The notes below the pieces were generated by a model, which did not search any database, was not told the DNA's origin, and worked only from the letters and a program-made list of their open reading frames with translations. Of a DNA stretch of 64,000 nucleotides, positions 12,776 through 23,329 are shown piece by piece. Each line of letters starts with the position of its first letter. The first letter of the stretch is position 1. Position numbers and translations under genes: made by a program. This stretch comes from Octopus vulgaris (Eukaryota): the NCBI GenBank assembly GCA_951406725.2, contig OX597815.1:113336001-113400000 (forward strand). Direction: 5' to 3'.

Positions 12776-13021
12776 TTAGATTATTTACATTCGACGGATA
12801 TTTGTCCTCATCTTGTTTGTTGTTAACACAACGTTTCGGCTGATATACCTAAGGTATATACCTTAGGAATGAGAACCCAGGTTCGAAATTTCCCCAAGAC
12901 ACCTGAAGAAGGCTGGAAGGTATATCAGCCGAAATGTTGTGTCAACAACAAACAAGATGAGGACTAATATCCGTCGAATGTAAATAATGTACATAATTCC
13001 TCGTCTCTTAAATATAGAACT
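12776..13021 (+). mobile_element. Penelope-like non-autonomous foldback element (inverted pLTR-like arms)
   Basis: 70-bp inverted arms 12780-12849 / 12919-12988; central palindrome CCTAAGGTATATACCTTAGG; 13-bp TSD AAATTAAAATCAT (12763-12775, 13022-13034); hammerhead motif in the right half. Confidence 0.8.
12898..12943 (+). ncRNA. Minimal type I hammerhead ribozyme motif
   Basis: GACAC-CTGAAGA-A-GGCTG(loop)CAGCC-GAAA-TGTT-GTGTC; the left arm preserves the palindromic GAAACGTT version of stem III. Confidence 0.75.
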
Positions 13022-13430
13022 AAATTAAAATCATATTATTGAGAAAATGACCTAATATATAACCGTACGTGTTTAAGTTACTTCAGTGTGTGTGTGTGTG
13101 TGTGTGTATCGGAATGTATAAACAATAGCAATTTCAAACCAGGGTGTAAAAAGGGGTATTACAAAATACAAGGCATTTCAGTCCGGTACTGTAACTTGTC
13201 TGCCACTCCACTGTTCTCACATATATATTCTTTTACTTGTTTCAGTCATTTGACTGCGGCCATGCTGGAGTACCACCTTTAGTCGAACAAATCGACCCCA
13301 GGACTTATTCTTTGTAAGCCTAGTACTTATTCTATCGGTCTGTTTTGTCGAAGCACTAAGTTACGGAGGCGTAAACACAAATAAATACCTGTAAATATAA
13401 AACCATCCGATTTTCTGAGTACCTCATTTC

Positions 13431-13481
<51 letters not shown>

Positions 13482-13485
<4 letters not shown>

Positions 13486-13644
13486 GTTAATGCCTAGTCA
13501 TAGAATGACCATTGGTTTTGAATCCACAAAAGCCATAGCTTCATGGACAACTCTACAGAGTCTAGTCTGAAAATTAACTCCACAGAGCTACATCTTTTGT
13601 GGATGTGAAACCATTGGTCATTCTATGACCAGACATTAACTTTA
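13482..13644. mobile_element. Foldback element with about 59-bp inverted arms and a hammerhead-like 3' half
   Basis: Arms 13482-13540 and 13586-13644; right arm contains GAAA-CC-ATT-GG-TC; adjacent to a (TA)n tract. Confidence 0.65.
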
Positions 13645-13768
13645 TTACTTTAATAATTTACTGCTCTATTCTTTAGAGTGTGCTTCTTATTTGGATATAT
13701 GATACATTGACATACATATATATACATATATACGCACACAAACAAGTATACACACACACACGCGTGTG

Positions 13769-13821
<53 letters not shown>

Positions 13822-15089
13822 TATACTCACACACCCATCAAACATATGCATATATGTATGTAGAACAATAATGCATACGAAATATAAATACTGTCAATAA
13901 TTATGATTATTACATGATTATGTTAGCAAATATAATTACAAACTTGCCCCTATACATATATCGCTATTGAAACCGGAGCCAAGCGTCTTATTAGCTTTTC
14001 AGGTTTTGAGTAGCAAGCATATTTATTTATGCATAGAACTAATCTGAGTTTTAGATCTCACTCTGTGCAGATCTGTGTCTCCTCTTTGCTATTTCTAATA
14101 ACCAATCCTCCACCCTTTAAAGGCTACTGAATTTCATTGACGTTTTTTGGTCCCGTTATAGTCAGCCACAGTTCTGCTGGTTGATCTTACAGGCGATATA
14201 TAAGGTCAGTGTTAACGTTTAGTAAATACCAATTACATGGCTTGATGTTGGTCAGATGGTGGGAGAAAGTAAATATGATAAACACTTGGACTACAGCTGT
14301 GTATGTGTTGCTTCAATTTGGAAAAACATTTTCACCCAGCTGATGCTAGTAGTCAAAAGTTGAACAGTATGAAGTGACACCATGGTTTAGAACTTTATTG
14401 CCTCAATAGATCTCGATATTTTTACATTGGTGGCTGTAGTGGATAATCTTATCTTTTGTATACTAACAGGTCCTTTTCTCCTGCATGCTAATTTGCTAAA
14501 CTTCCTTTCTATTTATAGAAACTACAGGAATTGCTAATGGCAGAAATAATAACAATAAAGTGTGTATCATAAGCTTTCTTATATTTTCTATGCAATGCCA
14601 AAAGAAAGACTCTATCAGATTAAGTGGGACTATTATTCAATGCAATAAATAGCATGGATTAGCTTCCAAAAGTTTATTAAAGTACTAGTTTGTATGAGGC
14701 AGTAATTTAGAGAATTTTTTTTCAGCGACATTCATAAAAAAAAATGAGTTAAATAAGTTGTAGAAGTATTGTTATGAAATAAAGTTCTTTCAGGTTCTTT
14801 CGGGATAAAAGAAAGTTAATCAACATATCGTGATAACCTGGCAAAATCAGGAATAGCAAATCAATGTTACATTTCAACAGAAACCTATCTTGAATAAAGA
14901 CTGTGCTGAAGCTAGAGTTGATAATGATCAATTCTGCTGGTTCCTACTCTAGCTGAGAGCTGCTAAAGAGAAAGAATGAGAAAGAACTTTGATTTCTGCT
15001 TACCTAGTCAGTGCATGACAGAGGCATTACTTTTAACAATTTATGAATAGGTAGGAGTTCAATCCCTAGCCTATATATATAACATCAAT

Positions 15090-15432
15090 GGAAATTGTAG
15101 CTGTGATACCAGTACCGGTGGCATGTAAGTGAACCATCCGAATGTGGCCATTGCCAGCCTCGCCTGGCCCCCGTGCCGGTGGCATGTAAAAAGCACCATT
15201 CAACCATGGCCGTTTGCCAACCCCGTCTGGCACCTGTGCCGGTGGCACGTAAAAAGCACCCACTATACTCACGGAGTGGTTGGCATTAGGAAGGGCATCC
15301 AGTCATAGAAACACTGCCAGATCAGACTGGGCCTGGTGCAGCCTTTTGGCTTCCCAGACCCCAGTTGAAACGTCCAACCCATGCTAGCATGGAAAGCGGA
15401 CGCTAAATGATGATGATGATGATGATGATGAT
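15090..15432 (+). mobile_element. RTE-tail short element (family B); many further copies or fragments across the window
   Basis: GGAGTGGTTGGCATTAGGAAGGGCATCCAG...CCATGCTAGCATGG..(TGA)n, the same structure as the RTE 3' UTR at 33400-33590. Confidence 0.85.
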
Positions 15433-15956
15433 GTATATATATATATATATATATACATATATTGATTGAAGCATAATAAAGCCAGTAAATTCTCAAATAT
15501 TACTAGTAGTAGAATAACTAGTGAGGGAAATATTTCTAGTATGAACAAGGAAATAAGAACATTACCAAATAAAACAGACACTTGAAGAAGATTGGAGTTT
15601 ACTGTGGCTATGAATAAGGGTGCTAGTTTGTATGTGAGTGTGTGTATGTGTGCTGATATTATATATATATTAATTGCTGGTAAGGTCACCATATTTTGTC
15701 ATGAAATCATAATATACTACTAAATATATTAAAAGCTCGTAAGTTAATATTGTGTCCCACATGTGTTAGCAGTGTTAATAAGTCAATTTGAAGAATAGCA
15801 TCAACTCCTGAAGTCTGTATATACATCCATTACCTATATTTCTATTTTTTGATTTTATTGTTTACGTAGATGAATGGAAAATGTAACTTTCAGCGCTGGC
15901 TCTAATTTCTATAGCAATTCTGTAAAGATAACTCTAAAAAATTATATATATATATA

Positions 15957-16173
15957 CAAAGAGGTTTTGAAAAGCTTGTGGCTTTAAGGGTATTGCGAAA
16001 GGCCTGGTTAGAGGCCCAACTTCCCAAATTCTTTTATAGGGTTTAAAAAAACTGAAGGGCCACTACAATAAGTGTGTAAATCTGAAAAAGGAATATGTTG
16101 GATAAAATCATAATTAACTGATCCTCTTGTATTTTCTTTTATCCAAAGTCAGGAACTTTTCAACACTCCCTTG
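15957..16173 (+). mobile_element. Mariner-derived MITE
   Basis: About 29-bp imperfect TIRs, TA TSD, internal transposase C-terminal remnant WLEAQLPKFFY..KL..HYNKCVNLKKEYV. Confidence 0.75.
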
Positions 16174-16244
16174 TATATCTCTATATATATATATATACCC
16201 ACATGGAAAATTGACATTAAATGGTGATTTTATATCTATATATT

Positions 16245-16326
16245 TGTAGCATGGCCAAGCGGTCTAAGGTGCTGTTTTAAGGCACCAGTCCCTTCAGAGG
16301 TGTGATTTTGAATCTCATTGCTGCCA
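16245..16326 (+). tRNA. tRNA-Leu(AAG) pseudogene
   Basis: 82 nt colinear with the eukaryotic tRNA-Leu consensus (GTAGC.TGGCC.AGCGGTCTAAGG..TTAAGGCACCAG..GAATC..GCTGCCA); T-arm disrupted; most CpGs converted to TG/CA. Confidence 0.85.
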
Positions 16327-16346
16327 GAATACAGACTGTTTGTTAG

Positions 16347-17740
16347 GTGCAGGCATTGTTGTGTAGCTAAAAACTTGTTTCCCAACTGCATGGTTCCAGG
16401 TTCAGTCCCACTGCGTTACACTTTGGCAAGTGTCTTCTACTATAAACTCAAGCCGACCAAAGCCTTGTAAGTGGATTTGGTAGACAGAAGCTGATAGAAG
16501 CTCATTGTATATGTGTGTGTGTATAGGTGTGTGTGTTTGTGTGATCTGATTAATAAGTATCCGGACTGTTGCCATAGTAACAAAGCTAAAACACACAGAG
16601 TAAAGCCACTTGGCACAGATTGACCTTGAACTCTGCTATGCATGCACACTAAGTTTTAACATTCTAGCTCACTTCCACTGTCTACAGTAGTGCTTGGAAG
16701 GAAGGTATGTAGTGTGTGATTATCACCTTGACCATGACAGAGAAAGTTGAGCAGAGAATCTGTATCAAATTTTGCCAAAAGTTTGGTAATAACTGCTCAG
16801 AGTTTCAAAAAGTTTTCATTATTCTCAACACAATCAAAGAGATCTTGTGCAACTGAAACCCGGGTGTCTTTTTGGTCAGCTGAAAGCAGTTTTGATACAA
16901 ATTTGGTAAACACGCGTCTCATACCTAAATCTTCAGTGATTGAACTGAACCATAAATAATCTGCACACCCTCTGATAATTCATGAATGGTGATTTGATGA
17001 TTTTGCCTCATGGTTGCATGCACATCGATGTTTTTCTCAGTTCTACTGGTTGCAGGTCTCCTAGAACGTTTGTCAATATAGACATTTTTTCAGCCATCTT
17101 GGAAACATCTGAACCACTTGTACATTCGTGTGCAACTCATACACTTCTCTCTACACACTTTCTGCAACTTTGCGTAGGCCTCTGAGCAGGTATCACCATG
17201 ACAACTTTCTCTGTCATGGTCAATGCGATGATTACACGCTACACACCTTCCTTCCAAGAATCTCTGTAAACAGCGGAAGTAAGCTAGAATGTTAAAACTT
17301 AGTGTGCATGCACAGCAGAGTTTGAGGTCAATCTTTGTCAGGTGGCATCACTCTGAATGCTTTAGCTTAGTTACTATGGCAACAGTCTGGATACTTATTG
17401 TTCAGACCTCATATATATACATATATGAATCATCATCATCATCATCGTTTAGCGTCCACTTTACGATGATGATGATGATGATGATGATGATTCATATATG
17501 TATATATATATATATGTATGTGTGTCTTTGTGTCTGTTTGTCACTCCATCACTGCTTGACAACCAGCATTGGTGTGTTTACATTCTCATAACTTAGTGGT
17601 TTGGCAAAAGAAACCGATAGAATATGTATTAGGTTTGAGAAATAAGTCCTGGGGTCAATTTGTTCGACTAAAACCCCTTCAAGGTGGTGCTCCAGCAAGG
17701 CCACAGCCAGATGACTGAAACAAGTAAAAGAATAAAATAA
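16347..17740 (+). mobile_element. Family-A SINE split by the mariner derivative
   Basis: Head 16347-16540 and tail 17510-17740 join into the full family-A sequence seen at 52841-53254. Confidence 0.8.
16540..17411. mobile_element. Palindromic mariner derivative made of two inverted 5' ends
   Basis: About 200-bp inverted arms, each with the TIR and transposase start (MTEKVEQRICIKFCQKFG on +). The minus arm continues through HTH-like SEAYAKLQKV..MYKWFRCFQDG..RRPATSRT..LGMRRV.TKFVSKLLSADQK. Confidence 0.85.
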
Positions 17741-18586
17741 TATATTTATTCTTTTTCTTTTTTATTCTTCTTACTTGTTTCAGTCATTTGGCTGTGGCCA
17801 TACTGGAGCACCATCTTTTAGTCGAAGAAATCGACACCAGGATTTATTCTTTGTAAGCCTAGTACTTATTCTAGTGGTCTATTTTGCCAAACCACCCAGT
17901 TACAGGGACATAAACACACCAACATTGGTTGTCAAGTGATGGTGGTGGGGACAAACACAGACACGCAAATACATACATACATACATACATACATACACAC
18001 ACATATATATATATATCATCATCATCATCATCGTTTAACGTCCGTTTTCCATGCTAGCATGGGTTGGACGGTTCAACTGGGGTCTGGGAAGCCAGGAGGC
18101 TGCACCAGGCCCAGTCAGGCTTCTTTCAGTTTGCATCTATCAAATCCACTCACAAGGCTTGAGCTGGCCCAAGACTCTAGAAGAAGATATTTGCCAAAGG
18201 TACTACATTGTGGGACTGAACCCAGAACCTTATGGTTGGGAAGCAAGCTTCTTACTACACAGCCACTCCTGCTCAATCCAAACAAAGAACAAACATGAAA
18301 AAAAGAACAATGCGAGGACGTAGTATATATATATATATATATATATATATCATCATCATTTAATGTCCTTTTTTTAATGCTGGTATGGATTGGACAGTTT
18401 GATGGTAACCAACAAACCAGAGAACTGTGTGAAGTTCCAATGTCTGTTTTGGTATGGTTTCTGCAGCTGGATGTATTTCCTACACAACCACTTTACAGAG
18501 TGTGTTTGTATGTATATGCATATATGTATGCATATGTATATCTATCTACATATCAAAGTGTGTGTGTGTGTGTGTGTATATACATA

Positions 18587-18980
18587 TTACTCATTTACTC
18601 ATTTACTTGTTTCAGTCATTTGACTGCGGCCATGCTGGAGCACCGCCTTTAGTCGAGCAACTCGATCCCAGGACCTATTCTTTTTGTAAGCCCAGTACTT
18701 ATTCTATCGGTCTCTTTTTGCCGAACCGCTAAGTGACGGGGACGTAAACACACCAGCATCGGTTGTCAAGCAATGCTAGGGGAACAAACACAGACATACA
18801 CATACATATATATATATACATATATACGACAGGCTTCTTTCAGTTTCCGTCTACCAAATCCACTCACAAGGCATTGGTCGGCCCGGGGCTATAGTAGAAG
18901 ACACTTGCCCAAGGTGCCATGCAGTGGGATTGAACCCGGAACCATGTGGTTGGTTAGCAAGCTACTTACCACACAGCCAC
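18587..18980 (-). mobile_element. Young family-A tRNA-derived SINE
   Basis: Reverse complement of 52841-53254, with CpGs retained. Other copies at about 13225, 17745, 31075, 44820, 51415, 54450 (-) and 58580, 63451 (+). Confidence 0.9.
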
Positions 18981-20950
18981 GTATTCATATTTGCACATGC
19001 ACACACGGAAGTGTGTGTGTGCAGTAATATTTCTCATACACCAACAATGAAAAATTAATTTAGTAAAATAAAAGCAAAAAAAAAAAGTAATTCTCAAAAA
19101 AACGGAATTCTCAAAAAAAAAAAAAATTCTCAGCAATTATGTATTCTCAAGCAATAAATATCACAAGGTTTTATTAGTTAAGTGACTGCTTAGCATAGAA
19201 GTTGAAATGTTCAGATTTTGTATTGTTTGCAGACCAAACAGCTTATTTAATAAATTAGAAACTGCAATTCTAATCCTGCTAAGGAAACAGCTAATAATGA
19301 TTTATAATTTGTACAGGAGTTTATAATAAATTGTAATTAATGAGATTACTTACAGCTGAACACCCTCCCAACAGTTTCCCTTCCCATGGAAAAGTATATG
19401 ATTCTATGTTGTCACTTTATCTGCTAGAAATAGCAGTGAAATCTTTCTTCGTTTACATCCTATCTTCACCTTTTTGATACCAGCTGGCCTGGCACCGTTT
19501 TTGGTTTCAATGATATAAACTTCATGTTTTCAACTGGTCTGAGTTAAATCCTTCCATCAAAATTTCATGTTAAATTCATTATTTTTAAAATTAATTGAAG
19601 CAAAAGCAGTATATTTCAGCAGAAATATGGTAACTAAAGATTTAAAGAGGAGTGCTTCATTGAACAATATGAAGTTAAAAAAAAAGTATTAAAAAAATAG
19701 TGGGTTATTACAGGAATGGCTTTGATGATAGGTTTGCTTGATTAGGGCTGATCTGGAGCTAAATCTCAACTCACTGCTGTCATCACAGTTTAATTTTTCA
19801 TTTATTTATTCTACCTATACCCCACTTTCTACATTGATATTTATTTATTTATTCGATATGTCAAATTGTATTCATGTTATTCTACTGAAATGGTTCTTTT
19901 GGATTTCATTCTCTCCTTTTAAAACTTGATCATCTTTATTCTCAGCTTTTCTGATATATGGATATATATCCACCAATGTCACCACCATGATTATCATCAT
20001 TGTTTCTTAAGGTCCATGTATCCATATCCGCATGGGTCAGATAAAAAGGTAGATTTTCTCTGGTTAGATGCTCTTCCTCCTGCCAACCCTTACCTCTTTC
20101 CAAACAAGTCCTTATCTGTGTAATTTAGCAGTTACCCCAGTCCTTTGAACACAGACAGCTCAACTGTCAAACAATTGTTTACAACACTGTTTTTTTTTTT
20201 GTATTTCTTTTGTATGAACAGTGACTTTGTTAACTATCAGAAAACAACTATCAAGAGGAGACAAAGAGATACACTCATTCGTACACTCGCACACCCATAG
20301 ATACATACATATCTACATGTGTGTGTGTGTGTGTGTATGCTTACACAATAGGCTTCTTCACAGTTTTCATCTATTAAATTCATTCATAAAGCTTTGTTTG
20401 ACTACAGTTGAAAATAGTCGCTCAAGGTACCATGCAGTGGAACTGGATCGAAAACCACACGGATGCAAAGTAACCTTTTAAATCACACCTGCCAAATCTG
20501 CACTTATATCATCATAATCATCATCATCATCATCATCATCATATATCCATTTTTCCATGCTGGCATATGTTTAATGGCACACCACAGTTGCAGTCAGCAC
20601 AAATTCATGGTTGCTGTTCATCTAGATGGGTGGCAGAACTGTTTTCTTGCTGACTGGTACTAATACTAGGGAGGCATTGTGTTCTTGACCAATCTAAATG
20701 TTCCTTTCAACATTTCCTTTTAGACAGTGAATTGGGCACATTTTTTCCATGGCACTAAGACCACAGCAGTAGCCATATCCATGACATAACTAAAGGGACC
20801 TCTTGACTGCTGTTCGGTTTGCTCACCAACCTCTCCACAGAATGAGTGGAAAGAAAGGATAAGACAGATAGAGGCATGAATGATAATGAGTTTGATAAAT
20901 CAAAAGAGGGATGAATGGTAAGAGTATTCAGCATTTTTGAGGCAACTATG

Positions 20951-21375
20951 CAGGGTCGGATTAAGACATATCAAGGTCCTAAGCACTTAAAAGATTTTGG
21001 TGACCCCATAAAAGATTATGTAATTCAAAATATAAACAATAACAAACCATAAAATAAATTTTTATTTTTCAAAACAAAACAGAACAGTAAGAGGGAAAAT
21101 AGTGTTTATTTCTGTATACTTACACTTTATTTATATTTGAAAAGTTTCCTCCTATTTTTTTGAATTGCTAAGACTTTGATCAGATCCTCGAAATTAATTT
21201 TAGGTAGCACATCAGCATCTATACTTAGTAGAGATAAAGGAATCCCGAATATTATTTTAGCAAGTTTAAAGTGATTTTTTTGTGTCATAAACCATTTACC
21301 ATTTCTGTAGTGCCCTCTCCTTCCCTTGATGCCCTAAGCACGTGCTTATTTTGCTTAATGGTTAATCCAGCATTG
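20951..21375. mobile_element. hAT-type MITE
   Basis: TIR CAGGGTCGGATTAA / TTAATCCAGCATTG; perfect 8-bp TSD CAACTATG; second copy at 48338-48800. Confidence 0.9.
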
Positions 21376-23256
21376 CAACTATGCACAGTCAAGGCAATAT
21401 GAGCAAGAAGATAGATCAACGATGAAAAGCAATGTGATGCAGGAGATAGAGTGAGAGCCATGGTGTGTGGGTGAAAAGTAGCAAGAGTAAAATGGCAGAT
21501 AGAGCAAATAGAGAGATGACTAGCAGTAGAGGAGGGGGAGATGAGAGTTAAGAAAAAGTCTACTGGTCACAACAGGTCATAAGTGGTATAATCTCTTAAG
21601 GACAGGGAAAGTTGATTGATGAAGATGGCAATACAAGAGAATGGAAATAGATGAGTCACATACCAATTGTCATTCAGTAATTGTGACACATCTGCTAGAG
21701 ATGAAAGTAATTTTAATAAATCAAGAATTTATGTTGTATATGATATACCTGTATTTGTCTGTGTTCTTCATCAATATACCACTGGCCACTCTGAATTATT
21801 TTGCTTAGTTTTCCTCCATGCTAAGAAATACAAAAAAAGGAAGGATGAACGGTAAGTTGATATTGATAGTGGCTTGATTTGAACTCAAAAAGTAAGGATC
21901 CATAACTAAACACTGCAGAGTAATTTGTCCAAGTTTCTACCACCCATTGCTATAAAAATATTGATAACTTTCAACAAGAAAGAAGCCCAAGTCTTCCAAG
22001 AGCAAGAATATGGTAAATGAATCCAACACTCCTATTGTTTAGCCTCAGGTTAACTTAAAGAAAGATGTATCAACCAGAGCTATCTTGTTTTTTTGTTTTT
22101 TTTAAAGGAATCTAAGAATATATAATCCAACATGACCTGCTCTTTATCAAAACAATATGATATAGTTTAAAAGGCAGCTATTTCTAGCAAGCCGAATGGC
22201 CATTTGGAGACTCCCTCAATGTTCCAAGTGTCCCATAATGCTACTGGTGTTTGTACTTTTACTAGTATTTATTTTATTGATTCACCTTCCCACTTCCCTT
22301 CCAGATGGATGAAAGACAAAAATCAAGCTAGACTGGATTTGAGTCAGATTATAACTAAGTATTGTGATGCATTTACGCTGATGCTCAACCACTTCTGTCA
22401 GCTTGCTGCCTTGAAAAATGATTAATGTGTGTTTAATTATGTTAATTAAGATACCTCATAATATTTATGAAATATAAGGAAAGCTTTTAAGAAAGATTTC
22501 ATTAAACAATTTATAATAATTGCTTTTATAATAGTTATAAAATATTTTTATTATTTCTAATTTTTTTTTCCAGTTCCAAATAACAATACACTCCTTCATG
22601 ATTTAATTTATATTGACAGAAGCCATTGTATTTGTCGTATTAATTAAACAGCTTTCTTTGGGACTTCCTAACAATTGCTGTATGATATTTTTACCTCTCC
22701 AGCTAAAAACAAAAATTCAATCAAAAGTTTTTGAGAATATAGTAAATAGATTCAACTGGAGTGCTGATTCAGTATTTCTCCTACCATGGGGCAGTGAGCT
22801 GACAGAAAGGCTAACATGCTGGGTAAATTTTTAACGGCATTTTGCCCATCTTCTGAGTCCTCCAAACCATTGAATCCCTGTCAAACTGTCTAACCCATGC
22901 CAGCATAGAAAGCAGACGTAAAATGCTGATGATTGTTAGGGCAAATATATCATTTATTTGTTACTGTCACTGTACTGCAGCTATGCCAGGTCAGTGTCTT
23001 GTAAGGTTAAACCAAACAAATCAACCACACCACTTATGTTTTTAAGTCTGATACTTGTTCTGGTGACCTCTTTTGCTGAACTGCTAAGCCATAGGGATGT
23101 AAACCAACTACCAGTGGGTTGTCAAGCATCAGGGGAAAAACATACACACAATCATACATGTACATACATACATACATGCATACATATATCATTTACTTGG
23201 AAATGGATGCATCGCGTTCAATTAAATAATAAATAATATATTATATAATATATACA

Positions 23257-23329
<73 letters not shown>

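Noticed and set aside
21808-21857. Apparent small exon with a GTAAGT donor
   Set aside because: It overlaps a decayed minus-strand family-D SINE (GGATGAA.GG.AA.GT.GA..GATTTGAACTC).
22574-22650. Strong acceptor-like TTTTTTTTTCCAG
   Set aside because: Downstream frames close quickly, with no clear donor or homology.
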